A stretch of DNA of 64,000 nt from an uncultured cyanobacterium. Its GTDB lineage: Bacteria; Cyanobacteriota; Cyanobacteriia; Phormidesmidales; Phormidesmidaceae. The stretch covers positions 192,001 through 256,000 of the forward strand of contig CAWBZI010000007.1 of the NCBI GenBank assembly GCA_963793265.1. The letters run 5' to 3'. How positions within the stretch are numbered: position 1 is the first letter of the stretch; the number at the start of each line of letters is the position of its first letter. Below the pieces are notes generated by a model that saw only the letters and a program-made list of their open reading frames with translations, was not told the DNA's origin and ran no database searches. Positions 38,907-48,638 of the stretch are shown piece after piece. Position numbers and translations under genes: made by a program.

Positions 38907-40916
38907 ATGTCTAAGCCTTTATACCGTTTTAGTGATGCCCTGCCTGTAGCACTAGCCCTCGCTATACCCGTAGCGCTAATACCGCAGTCCTCTGCTCAAG
39001 CGCTCAATTTTCGGTTCGATTTTGGCGGCAACGTCTCTGATGATTTTCAGCAGGCAGCCCAAGAAGCTGCTGGAATGTGGTCGTCAGTGCTCAAGGATGA
39101 TGTCGCAGTTGATATTAGGGTTGAGTACAGCGATTTATCGTCAGCAGGCGCGGTACTGGCGGGCGCGCGGCCAAACAAAGTGAAAGTGAAGTATGAAGAC
39201 TACGTACAGGCCATGCTCAAAGACGCGGTTTCGAGCAATGATATTCAGGCGCTAGGCAGTTTGCAGCTATCGAGCAAAGGGCAAGAAGCTATTCAAGAAT
39301 TTCAGGCTGGCGCGCTTAGCTCGGTCGAGAAGATCAAGCTAGATTCAAAAGAGTTTGACTTTTTGATGGACGGCCAGTTTGCCAAAGGCGCTTCGCCCTC
39401 TCAAGCTGATTTTATTGACAACAACGGCAACGACAATAATAAAAGCGTGATGCTGACGCGAGCCCAGGCGCAGGCGTTGGGCTTAGTCGATACTAAAAAA
39501 GAAGGGCTTGACGGCATTATCAAGATCAACAGTGACGTCAGTTGGGATACCGATAGTAGCAATGGCATCGATAGCGATAAATACGATCTTTCTACGGTGC
39601 TAAAGCACGAGATTGGCCACACGCTCGGCATTATTAGCGGTGTAGACGGGCTAGATTTTTTATTAGCTGTGAATGAGCCGGTTGACATTGAGAAAAATGA
39701 GTTCTCATATCTTACGCCTTTAGATATGTTCAGGTACTCAGAGAAGAGCGCAGCGTTAGGCGTGATGGACTTGACGCTGGGCAGCGACGAGAAATATTTC
39801 TCTTTGGACGCAGGACAAAGTGCTGTTACCAATGCAGCAGGCCGAGCAGCTTATTTTTCAACGGGCAGCACTGAATCAGGAGGAGATGGCTACAGCGGTA
39901 GCCATTGGAAGTCGGGAGGTAGCCCGTTAGGTGTTACTAATCCGATTTTACAAAAGGGAACCTCTATCGATATCTCTGAGCTAGATCTAGCGCTTTTAGA
40001 TGCGGTTGGGTGGGATCTAGAAGATAATAACCTCAAGCGGGCCGCCGCGATAGGGTTCGACTGGGCAGGGCTGAAAAATGATTTGGCAAGCGATCGCCAG
40101 GCCGTTAAATCGCAGATCATAGCAGAGTGGGGCGATGACATTCCAGCGCTAGATGCGGCATTAAGTGAGGCTTCTTTTGAAACAGAAGAGAAGTTTCGTC
40201 AGAAGCTACAAGAAGAGTTTGATAAGCTAGCGAAAGAACTTGAGGGTGAAGACGGCGGGAAGGATCGCAACAAAAAGATTTCAAAGTTCTATGAAAAAGT
40301 AGATGAGGAGGCTAGTAAGCGAAACGAAACGTTGCGCAAGCTACCCGAAGAAATCTCTAAGACAGATGAAAAAGTCCGCGAATGGCTAACGCTTTCGACA
40401 GATGATTTGTCAAAGGAAGTAAGGGAAGCAGACGGTGCAACTATAAACCGGCTAGCCAATATTATAAAAGCCGCTCCCCGAAAAGAGAGATCGCGAATGG
40501 AGGCAAAGCTAGAAGAGGCGCTAGCTCAGTTTGTAGATAAACCCAGTAAGTTAGTTGGAGAGCTTCTAAAGTCGAGCGGCCCTAGCAATCCGGTTAGGTG
40601 GGGCCGTGCCTATCGTTTTAACTGGTGGTTTCAGGAAGCCGACCCCGCAGAGTTGGGCGTTGCTACTAGCGAGGGCACAGATAGTTTGACCTACTTCGCA
40701 ACGGCTGCACCCGACGACGCTGGGATAATAGATAGGGTGGGGGCAGATGCCGAGGCGATTGGAGGCTTGGTGCCAGTTGGAGCAGGCTCACTGAGCGCGG
40801 GTGGCTTCAGCGACTCGAAGCGTGATGCTGAAGATGTACCGGAGCCCTCTTCAGTGCTGGCTTTGTTTGGAATAGCAGTGCTAGGAGCAAAGCTCACCGG
40901 GCAGCGTAAAGCATAG
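38907..40916 (+). CDS. PEP-CTERM-anchored zinc metalloprotease (NF038122-like)
   Basis: Signal peptide, HEIGHTLG, TPLDMFRYS, SHWK, D.VGWD, then VPEPSS-TM-basic tail. Confidence 0.85.
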   Translation: MSKPLYRFSDALPVALALAIPVALIPQSSAQALNFRFDFGGNVSDDFQQAAQEAAGMWSSVLKDDVAVDIRVEYSDLSSAGAVLAGARPNKVKVKYEDYVQAMLKDAVSSNDIQALGSLQLSSKGQEAIQEFQAGALSSVEKIKLDSKEFDFLMDGQFAKGASPSQADFIDNNGNDNNKSVMLTRAQAQALGLVDTKKEGLDGIIKINSDVSWDTDSSNGIDSDKYDLSTVLKHEIGHTLGIISGVDGLDFLLAVNEPVDIEKNEFSYLTPLDMFRYSEKSAALGVMDLTLGSDEKYFSLDAGQSAVTNAAGRAAYFSTGSTESGGDGYSGSHWKSGGSPLGVTNPILQKGTSIDISELDLALLDAVGWDLEDNNLKRAAAIGFDWAGLKNDLASDRQAVKSQIIAEWGDDIPALDAALSEASFETEEKFRQKLQEEFDKLAKELEGEDGGKDRNKKISKFYEKVDEEASKRNETLRKLPEEISKTDEKVREWLTLSTDDLSKEVREADGATINRLANIIKAAPRKERSRMEAKLEEALAQFVDKPSKLVGELLKSSGPSNPVRWGRAYRFNWWFQEADPAELGVATSEGTDSLTYFATAAPDDAGIIDRVGADAEAIGGLVPVGAGSLSAGGFSDSKRDAEDVPEPSSVLALFGIAVLGAKLTGQRKA

Positions 40917-40931
40917 CTGTAGATTTTATAC

Positions 40932-40950
40932 CCAGCCTTTTCAGGGCTGG
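40932..40950. terminator. Hairpin between convergent genes, possible terminator
   Basis: CCAGCC-N7-GGCTGG. Confidence 0.4.
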
Positions 40951-40972
40951 AATATCCAGTCTCAAGAACATG

Positions 40973-41593
40973 TCAATCTGCTTTTCCAGCGTCAAGAATC
41001 TGCGTGACGGGTATCGTTATTTCTGGAAAGATAGCAGACTTTACGCTTTGTCCTGCGACGAATGATTTGCCTGCTTTGTACTCGCGATCGCCCAGCTCAT
41101 AAACCCACACTGTCGGCGTTTTAGGCGATCCAATAAACCTGACGCCCCCCAAAGCACGATAGTCCACTATCCAATATTCCAGCACACCTAGCTTTTCGTA
41201 CTCAGCTAGCTTTATTAGATAGTCATCTTGCCAGTTAGTGCTAACAACTTCAACAATCAGCTTAATAGGAGCACCGCTCGAAACACTAGAAGCTTTTTGC
41301 CAATAAGGATCTTCTTTTAGCTTTGCGCTATCTAAAACGATGATATCTGGCAGATATCCTTCACCTTCTCGATAAGGTTTCACCAGACAAGACTGTGGGA
41401 TAAGATAGGGCTGCTGAAGTCGGTCAATTTCTAAATCAAGCTTACGACGAATCAGCGCGATAACTTCTTCATGGAGGCCGATAGGTCGCATTTCTACGAT
41501 TTTTCCATAGCGTAGCTCGTAGCGTCCGTTGTCTTCTGGATACAGCGCTATGAAATCATCGAACGATAGGGATGGGGCGGTTGCTTGAACCAT
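40973..41593 (-). CDS. Uma2 family endonuclease
   Basis: PDII, VEVVS and EYWIVD motifs. Start set at ATG 41593 because the upstream extension is a REP. Confidence 0.88.
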   Translation of the reverse strand: MVQATAPSLSFDDFIALYPEDNGRYELRYGKIVEMRPIGLHEEVIALIRRKLDLEIDRLQQPYLIPQSCLVKPYREGEGYLPDIIVLDSAKLKEDPYWQKASSVSSGAPIKLIVEVVSTNWQDDYLIKLAEYEKLGVLEYWIVDYRALGGVRFIGSPKTPTVWVYELGDREYKAGKSFVAGQSVKSAIFPEITIPVTQILDAGKAD

Positions 41594-41615
41594 AGCCAGG
41601 TTAGCGGAGGTTACT

Positions 41616-41639
41616 GTAGGGGCGTAAGGCTTTACGCCC
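41616..41639 (+). repeat. GTAG-type REP element
   Basis: GTAGGGGCGTAAGGCTTTACGCCC; identical inverted copy at 57545-57568. Confidence 0.85.
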
Positions 41640-41666
41640 AGTGCAATGAATATACCATTAGCCATT

Positions 41667-43736
41667 TTATTTGGTCATTGTCTGAGCCGAACTAGCCTCA
41701 CAGAAAAGCTGGCTGATGTGAGAGGCATTCATCGGCTTACCCAGGTAGTAGCCCTGCACAACGTCTACGCCACAGCGTTGAACTAGATGCAACTGCTCTG
41801 CGGTTTCTACGCCTTCTGCTACGACCGAGAATCCCAAATCATGACAGAGCTGAATGCTAGAGGCCAGCAATACTTGGCCGCGCCTGGCCTCTCCTTTAGG
41901 TGCAGTCACAAGCTGTCTATCTAGTTTAATTTCGTCGGCCTCTAGTGCCACTAAATTAGTTAGGGAGGAGTATCCTGCCCCAAAGTCGTCAATCGCAATG
42001 CGGTGCCCTGCCGCTCGAAGCTGATGAATAACGGAGGCGAGGGCCTTGAGTTCTACAGTATAGGTATGTTCAGTGATTTCAATGTAGAAGCGGATGTTAT
42101 GTTGTTTTGCGCGAGCAATAAAGTCTTGCACAGCCCGCGAATCGAGTAAAAAGTCTTTATCAAAATTGATGGCGATCGGTGGAATTTCAAAGCCCATCGT
42201 TCGCCAGCGAGCAATCTGAGAGAAGGTAAGATTAACGACTTTTTTATCAACGGCTTTTGAGAGCCCTTGCTTGTAGAGCACGGGTAGAAACGACGGTGGG
42301 AAAATTGTGCCGTCATTGTCTTGAAAGCGGAGCAGGGCTTCTAGGCCAACCAGATGAAGCGATCGCGCATCCATCTTGGGCTGAAAATATAGTAAAAAGT
42401 CCCCGTCTCTAAGCTGATGTAGCACCTTTTGAGCCGCCGCCACACTCTTTAGCATATCCTTCTGACGTGCGACGAACAGCCGCTCTTGGCGGTTGCTCAT
42501 TTCCTCACTCACAAATCCATAGGCATCTCCCCCGAAAAGCCGACGCAGATAACGGGGCGCTTCGTATTGCTGAGAGGCGATCGCTAAAAACGGAAAGTAA
42601 AGGCAGCCGTCTACCACAATGCAAACCATCTGTGTCGCTACAGCCCACAGCGATCCATCTGTGGCCACATAAGCGCTGTAGAGTGGGGGCGTCATCCAGT
42701 GTACGGGCAGCAGATCGATAGAGAATAGGCCGAGGCGAATAGCGGTAAAGGCGATCGCCATATTGACAAAGGCGGTTGCAAAAAAAGGAATAAAGAAAAT
42801 AGGATTCAACAGAATAGGTAGGCCAAACAGCAGAATTTCATTGACGTTGAAAAAAGAAAACGGCAGACTCAGCCGAGCGATTGATTTTAGGCGGGTGGCT
42901 TGCTTGGTGAAAAGAATGAGAAATGGCACTACGAACGTCGCCCCCGTGCCTCCTATACTCAAAAAAACATCGTAGAAAGGCTTCATCCGAATTGTGGTTG
43001 TTTCACCGACCGGAATTTTGTAGAGAAGCTGAAAGATTCCAGAGGCACTATGATCGCCGTGTAGTCCTACAAACCAGGCACATAGCGCAATTATTTTGAA
43101 GACAACAAGTTCTTGAATAGGTTTAATTTGCTCAAACTGTGGAAAAGCATGAGCCAATAGAAAGCTTCCATCCGCACCCAATAGCAGCGCGGTAGGCCAT
43201 CTCATTAGCTCAAACAACAAAACCGTTAAAAAACCAGGAATGACTAGATTAAGAGAACTAATCAGGCGAGGGCTCAAATCGCTACGGTAATTAACAATCT
43301 GTAGCCAGGGCTTTTTAGAAAAGTAGTGCAGAAGCCAAACAGCCAGCCAAGCGCACGGAATGCTGGTAAGGATAGATCCGTGATAGGAGATAATTTGAGC
43401 CGACTCGTCAATACCTAGAAACCCTGAGCCTCTTAAAAAGCAGACCATGGCAATGAGCAGCGTACCAATTTGATCGAGCCCTTTGTGCTTGGCCAGCAGC
43501 GTGCTGAGCGATAAGTTGACAAAAAGCGGCAGCAAAAAGAAATATAGCCGATTGATCTCTGTGCTAGATAGTGCGGCTTTGTCTATAAAGAGGCTGCTGG
43601 CATTTATGCTTTCTAATACCCCTGTCAGGCCAGAAAGCATGACCAGAATATTCATCACCAGCACAACAGGCAGCAGGGAGATGAAAGCTTCTCGGATGAT
43701 GATAAGCGGCTTAGCGTCGATGGAGGGGGACGACAT
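41667..43736 (-). CDS. PTS EIIC (Lac/Cel-type) membrane domain fused to EAL c-di-GMP phosphodiesterase
   Basis: EIIC motifs WFVGLHG, GGTGAT and FNVNEILLFGLPILLNP. EAL motifs FQPK, EAL, EITE, DDFGAGYS, EGVET and QGY. Confidence 0.88.
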   Translation of the reverse strand: MSSPSIDAKPLIIIREAFISLLPVVLVMNILVMLSGLTGVLESINASSLFIDKAALSSTEINRLYFFLLPLFVNLSLSTLLAKHKGLDQIGTLLIAMVCFLRGSGFLGIDESAQIISYHGSILTSIPCAWLAVWLLHYFSKKPWLQIVNYRSDLSPRLISSLNLVIPGFLTVLLFELMRWPTALLLGADGSFLLAHAFPQFEQIKPIQELVVFKIIALCAWFVGLHGDHSASGIFQLLYKIPVGETTTIRMKPFYDVFLSIGGTGATFVVPFLILFTKQATRLKSIARLSLPFSFFNVNEILLFGLPILLNPIFFIPFFATAFVNMAIAFTAIRLGLFSIDLLPVHWMTPPLYSAYVATDGSLWAVATQMVCIVVDGCLYFPFLAIASQQYEAPRYLRRLFGGDAYGFVSEEMSNRQERLFVARQKDMLKSVAAAQKVLHQLRDGDFLLYFQPKMDARSLHLVGLEALLRFQDNDGTIFPPSFLPVLYKQGLSKAVDKKVVNLTFSQIARWRTMGFEIPPIAINFDKDFLLDSRAVQDFIARAKQHNIRFYIEITEHTYTVELKALASVIHQLRAAGHRIAIDDFGAGYSSLTNLVALEADEIKLDRQLVTAPKGEARRGQVLLASSIQLCHDLGFSVVAEGVETAEQLHLVQRCGVDVVQGYYLGKPMNASHISQLFCEASSAQTMTK

Positions 43737-43902
43737 CTACAAAAATGGCGCAAGGATTACATCAGAATACTCGCGGATGCTGTAGTTTTGCCCTGAACTC
43801 ATTAACGGCTTAGCTCTACGATGTGCCTTACACAATAGCTCAGCAAGCCTTAGTAGAGGTTCAGTGGTTGAGAGGTAAAGCCGAGTATAAAAAGCGATCG
43901 CG

Positions 43903-44787
43903 TTAGTATTCACCTGATTCTTTAATCCGTCTTACCAGGTACTCTCGCATCTCGATAAAGTCTTTAGATACGCGGATTTCTGACGGCGAGGTGGTTTGCA
44001 GCCGTGCTGAGAAAGGGTTGGGAATATCTTCAACAATGCGTCCCGGCTTGGCATACATCAAAACAATGCGGGTAGAGAGCAGCAGCGCTTCTTCGACATC
44101 GTGGGTGATAAAAAAGATGCTTTTGTTGGTTTTACGCCAAATGTCGTAGAGGCTGAGCTGCATCGATTCGCGCGTAAAGGCATCGAGTGCGCCAAAGGGC
44201 TCATCCATGAGGATGACTTTAGGATCGGCGGCCAGGGCGCGGGCGATCGCAGCGCGTTGCTTCATCCCCCCTGATAGCTGGTGCGGTAGCTTTTTAGCCG
44301 CATCAATCAGGCTTACCATCTCTAAAAAGTAGCTGACGCGCTGCTTTCGCTGCAGGGCTTCCATCTTTTTCATCCGAGGGCCAAACGAGACATTCTTCTC
44401 TATCGTGAGCCAGGGAAATAGATTGGGCTGCTGGAAGACAACGCCGACTTCAGCGTCAGGCTTGGTGTGCGGTCTGCCATCCACGGTGACAGTGCCGTTT
44501 GTAGGGCGTTCGTATCCGGCCAGTACGCGCAGTAGAGAGGTTTTGCCGCAGCCAGAGGGGCCAATGGCACAGACAAAATCGCCTTCGTTAAGATTGAGAT
44601 CAAGATCGTGCAGCGCTTCAAAAGGCTCACCGCCGTCGTCTTCGTAAAATAGATCGATGTTCTGTAGTGAGATTAAAGTGTCGCCAGTCAGCGGGTTTTG
44701 GATGTCTTCAGTTGAGGATGCTCCTGTGGTATCTACAGGCGTATCTGTAGATGAGGTGCCATGAAGCGTGTCAGGGAGAAGATCCAT
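43903..44787 (-). CDS. tauB: Taurine/sulfonate ABC transporter ATP-binding protein
   Basis: GPSGCGKT, LSGGMKQR, DEPFGALD and THDVEEA motifs; operon context. Confidence 0.8.
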   Translation of the reverse strand: MDLLPDTLHGTSSTDTPVDTTGASSTEDIQNPLTGDTLISLQNIDLFYEDDGGEPFEALHDLDLNLNEGDFVCAIGPSGCGKTSLLRVLAGYERPTNGTVTVDGRPHTKPDAEVGVVFQQPNLFPWLTIEKNVSFGPRMKKMEALQRKQRVSYFLEMVSLIDAAKKLPHQLSGGMKQRAAIARALAADPKVILMDEPFGALDAFTRESMQLSLYDIWRKTNKSIFFITHDVEEALLLSTRIVLMYAKPGRIVEDIPNPFSARLQTTSPSEIRVSKDFIEMREYLVRRIKESGEY

Positions 44788-44844
44788 AGGAGAGGATTAG
44801 GTTACGACAAGAAAGGGAGATTAGGTGTTTTTTATAAGAATGCT

Positions 44845-44873
44845 GTAGGGGTTTAGCACTGCTAAACCCCTAC
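44845..44873. repeat. Perfect GTAG-type palindromic REP
   Basis: GTAGGGGTTTAGCA-C-TGCTAAACCCCTAC, between tauA and tauB. Confidence 0.88.
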
Positions 44874-44903
44874 GAGATATCAAGCGATCGCGTCTTCTAA
44901 ACC

Positions 44904-46010
44904 CTACTTAGCCGCGTCAGCAACAGGCGCGTTAAATAGCGCTTTTTGATAGGTTTCAACATCAGGCGCACTAGGAATCGCGTCTTGGCTCACCATGAAC
45001 TCAGCAGAATCCTTGAGCACCTGGCTCATCTGACCCGGCGCATCGGGCGTGCCCAGATACTCAGCCGTCGCTTGTTCTGAAGCATCTAGCCAAACCAGCT
45101 CATTCATCACCTTCAGGCTTTCTTCAGGCGTCAGACCGATCTCTTCAGAGATAGCAGCAGCAGCTTCTTCAGGCTCGCTACGGTATAGCTCAGTTGCCTC
45201 GCTCAGCGCAGCAACATAGCCCTCAAGAAACTCAGGGTAGCTGGCAGCAAACTCTTTACTCACGATCCCAAGATCAGCGGTGATAATGCCGTCTTCAGCG
45301 AGCTGCTTAGCCGTGATTAGCAGGCTGCCGCTTTCATCGACCATTTTAGAGAGCGTAGGCTGCCACACAAAGCCGCCGTCGATGTCGCCACGCTGCCAGG
45401 CAGCCAGCATGTCTTGAGGCTGCAAATCAAGAATTTGAACGTCAGCAGGGTCGATGTCTGCCTGGGTAAGAGCCGAAAGTAGGCTGAAGTGAGTGGTGGA
45501 GCCGAAGGGAACGCCGATTTTTTTGCCAACAAGATCGGCCATTTCGGCAATGCCAGAGGCTTCGGTCACGGCCAGAGCTTCGTTGTCGCCAATGATGTCG
45601 TGAATGAAGTAGACGCTATAGGGTAAGTCTTGGGCAACGCCTGTAGAAACGGGAACGGAGCCTGCTAGGCCCACGTCAATGCCACCTGCGACCATGGCCG
45701 TGTTTACGTCACGACCGGAGTCAAACGGAAGCCACTTGATGTCAACATCGGGAAATTTAGCTTCGGCTAACCCTAAGTTTTTTGTTAGCAGTTCAGCGTT
45801 AGGAACCACCTGATAGCCAATGCGAAATTCGGTGGGCATCGCGCCGGTAGCGCCACCCTCAGCGCTGGTGGTAGTTTCAGGCTGGGTGCAGGCAGCTAGC
45901 GTCAGCACTAACGTCATGCTGAGGAGGCCGAGCAAAACGGCGAACTGTCTGCGGAATAAGCGCTTTAGCCCGAAAGGCGATCGCGTGGTGGGCTTGATTG
46001 AATGGGGCAT
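44904..46010 (-). CDS. tauA: Taurine ABC transporter substrate-binding lipoprotein
   Basis: LAAC lipobox; IGYQ, FDSG.DV, EAL, VPFGSTTHFSLL and AAWQRGDIDG are TauA-type motifs. Confidence 0.82.
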   Translation of the reverse strand: MPHSIKPTTRSPFGLKRLFRRQFAVLLGLLSMTLVLTLAACTQPETTTSAEGGATGAMPTEFRIGYQVVPNAELLTKNLGLAEAKFPDVDIKWLPFDSGRDVNTAMVAGGIDVGLAGSVPVSTGVAQDLPYSVYFIHDIIGDNEALAVTEASGIAEMADLVGKKIGVPFGSTTHFSLLSALTQADIDPADVQILDLQPQDMLAAWQRGDIDGGFVWQPTLSKMVDESGSLLITAKQLAEDGIITADLGIVSKEFAASYPEFLEGYVAALSEATELYRSEPEEAAAAISEEIGLTPEESLKVMNELVWLDASEQATAEYLGTPDAPGQMSQVLKDSAEFMVSQDAIPSAPDVETYQKALFNAPVADAAK

Positions 46011-46108
46011 GTTTTCTTTTAGTTCTGTATATAAAGAGCGTGAGATTCAACAGTCACTATACAAGGCGACGTTAATTTGCCAAGGCTATTACCCAGCTAT
46101 TTCTCAGA

Positions 46109-47008
46109 CTATTCGCGACCGACCCAGGGCAGATAGTGGGCCTGCAAGCGGCGCAGACCCGTGTCAAGAATAATCGCAATCACGCCCATAATAATGATGC
46201 CGACGAACATCACATCGCTGCGCAAAAAGCTGCTCGCATCAAGCACCATCCAGGCAATGCCTGAAAGAGCTGCCACCATTTCAGCGGCGACTAAGGTGGT
46301 GTACATAAATCCGAGCGCAGTTCGCAGACCGGTAAATAGTTCAGGTAAGCAAGAAGGGAAAACGACCTGAGTAAATACTTGCCACTGCGAGGAGCCTAGC
46401 GAAAGGGCGGCGTTGATGCGATCGCGCGGCACCCTTTGAACGCCCGACACCATCGCAATATAGAGCGGGGCAAAGCCAGCTAAAAACAGCAGCGCAATCT
46501 TAGAGCCGTCTTCAATACCGAGCCAGATAATCAGCAGCGTGTAGTAGGCCAGCGGTGGCAGCGGGCGATAGAACTCAATGAACGGATCAATAATGGCCCG
46601 AACTGGCTTGAAGTAGCCGCTGGCTAGTCCTAATGGCACCGCTAGCGAAATCGCGAGCACAAAAGCAATGATTAGCCGCATCATGCTCGCGCCAATGTGC
46701 ATTAGCAGCGGCGTCCCTTTATAGCCGTTTGTGAGAATATCTATAAAGGTTGTCCATACGGTTTGAGGGGATGGAAAGAACAGGGGTTTGACCCAGCCTA
46801 AGTTAGTGGCTAAAAACCAAATGAGGAGGGCGATCGCAACCGATAAAAAAGACAGCCAGCGATAGGAAGAAGGTCGCTTTTTCTTCGTAGATCGCTGGCG
46901 CTTGCGGGCGGGTTTAATCGGTACGTTTTTGTTGATCGGCTCTTTGGTTTGCGCAGGCATAAAGGTATGTATCAGGCTGGGGCTTACTTTTCGATTGAGC
47001 TGTGTCAA
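46109..47008 (-). CDS. tauC: Taurine/sulfonate ABC permease
   Basis: FPSP, EFYRPLPPLAY..L..IWLGI and TTLVAAE motifs. Confidence 0.82.
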   Translation of the reverse strand: MTQLNRKVSPSLIHTFMPAQTKEPINKNVPIKPARKRQRSTKKKRPSSYRWLSFLSVAIALLIWFLATNLGWVKPLFFPSPQTVWTTFIDILTNGYKGTPLLMHIGASMMRLIIAFVLAISLAVPLGLASGYFKPVRAIIDPFIEFYRPLPPLAYYTLLIIWLGIEDGSKIALLFLAGFAPLYIAMVSGVQRVPRDRINAALSLGSSQWQVFTQVVFPSCLPELFTGLRTALGFMYTTLVAAEMVAALSGIAWMVLDASSFLRSDVMFVGIIIMGVIAIILDTGLRRLQAHYLPWVGRE

Positions 47009-47022
47009 CTACGCTAGGCGAA

Positions 47023-48459
47023 TTATGCAGGTAATGCAAATACAGCCTTGCGTAACACCTCAGCGAGCCGGTCTATTTCTGCGCGCGTAACAATCAGCGG
47101 CGGGCAAAGAATCAGCACATTGTTAAAGCCTGGAATGGTGTTGGTGTTGCGCCCAATCATCACATTTTGTTCCATGCAGCCTTTCACAACGGCAACAACT
47201 TTTCCATCCTCTAAAGGCGTTTTACTCGCTTTATCAGTCACCAGCTCTACGCCCATCAACAGTCCTTTACCTCGCACATCACCCACATTCGGATGCGCTA
47301 GCAAAGGCTGAAGCTTCTCCATCAGGTAGTCACCCATTTCAGCCGCATTGTCGGCCAGATTTTCTCTTTCAATAATTTCAATATTACGCAGCCCTACCGC
47401 CGTACAAACGGGCGTACCGCCGTAGGTGCTGATATGACGAAAGTGGCTATTGGTACCGGGCTCGTCTAGAAAAGCCTCAAAGATATGCTGCTTTACAACC
47501 GTTGCAGAGAGCGGCATGTAGCCACTGGTGAGCCCTTTGGCAAAGGTGATAATGTCAGGCGTAATCCCCCAGTGCTGGTGCCCAAACATTTTGCCGGTGC
47601 GGCCAAAGCCGTTGACGACTTCATCGAATATGAGCAGAATGCCGGTGCGATCGCAAATCTCCCTGACCCCTTTTAAATAGCCATCAGGCGGCACAATTAC
47701 CCCGCCCCCTGAGATAATCGGCTCCACAATAATCGCCGCAATCGAATCGGCTCCCTCATACTGAATAGTCATCTCCAACTCTTTTAGGAGCGTGTCGTTG
47801 TAGCTTTCTTCAGTCTGGCCGTTGCCAAATCGGTAGTAGTAAGGTGGATTCGTATGTAAAAAGCCTGGCACCAGCGGGCCGTATTTTGACTTTCTTTCAG
47901 CTTGAGCCGTGGCGCTTAGTGCGCCCATGGTGCCGCCGTGATAGCCTCGGTAGCGAGAGATAAATTTGTAGCGATCGCCCGCCCCCTTTGCTCCTGTTTG
48001 CGCATGATACTGCCGGGCAATTTTGAAGGCGGTTTCATTCGCTTCAGAACCACTCGTAGAGAAAAAGACTTTGCCCTCATAGTCAAGCAGTTCCAACAGT
48101 TTATGAGCCAGGCGAATGCCAGGCTCGTGGCTCATCGTCAGCGGCGAATAGGCCAGATTTGTCATTTGCTCATAGGCCACCTCGGCTAGTTCCTGTCGGC
48201 CATAGCCAACATTCACGCACCAAAGACCTGAAACGCCATCAAAATACTCTACGCCCTGGTCATCCGTTACATGACAGCCTGCCGCTTTGCTAATACACTT
48301 GGGCGGCTGCTTTGCAAAAGGCTTGTGCTGCGCCATCGCGTGCCACAGCGACGACTGATCCATCTCAGATAGGCTACTTGCCGGGTTACCTGCTTGATCT
48401 AGCTGCTTTAGATCAAACTCTTTTTTATTCAACCGACTCTTGTCTAGCTTAATAACCAT
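47023..48459 (-). CDS. tpa: Class III aminotransferase, taurine-pyruvate aminotransferase-like
   Basis: WH..QHKPF, GLWCVNVGYGR, SGSEANE, DEVVNGFGRTG and AKG motifs; first gene of the tau operon. Confidence 0.72.
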   Translation of the reverse strand: MVIKLDKSRLNKKEFDLKQLDQAGNPASSLSEMDQSSLWHAMAQHKPFAKQPPKCISKAAGCHVTDDQGVEYFDGVSGLWCVNVGYGRQELAEVAYEQMTNLAYSPLTMSHEPGIRLAHKLLELLDYEGKVFFSTSGSEANETAFKIARQYHAQTGAKGAGDRYKFISRYRGYHGGTMGALSATAQAERKSKYGPLVPGFLHTNPPYYYRFGNGQTEESYNDTLLKELEMTIQYEGADSIAAIIVEPIISGGGVIVPPDGYLKGVREICDRTGILLIFDEVVNGFGRTGKMFGHQHWGITPDIITFAKGLTSGYMPLSATVVKQHIFEAFLDEPGTNSHFRHISTYGGTPVCTAVGLRNIEIIERENLADNAAEMGDYLMEKLQPLLAHPNVGDVRGKGLLMGVELVTDKASKTPLEDGKVVAVVKGCMEQNVMIGRNTNTIPGFNNVLILCPPLIVTRAEIDRLAEVLRKAVFALPA

Positions 48460-48540
48460 GGTGAGATACCTGAATTTCAGAACAAATAATTTTGAAGAAA
48501 TGCCTGAGTCGCGACTGATATGAAGCGCGCTATTGAAAGA

Positions 48541-48582
48541 ACAATAACAATTCAGGAAAAGAGTTTGTGTATCTCAAAATAC
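48541..48582 (-). promoter_or_regulatory. Canonical NtcA-activated promoter (GTA-N8-TAC-N22-TAN3T)
   Basis: Minus strand reads GTATTTTGAGATAC (48582-48569), exactly 22 nt, then TATTGT (48546-48541), pointing into tpa. Confidence 0.82.
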
Positions 48583-48638
48583 GGTTAAGGGAGGAAATTG
48601 TTGAATCTCCTCCTTATGACGAAAGTGAATATTTTTCT

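Noticed and set aside
41594..41665. N-terminal extension of Uma2 in the ORF track
   Set aside because: It runs through a REP element, and ATG 41593 gives a typical Uma2 start.
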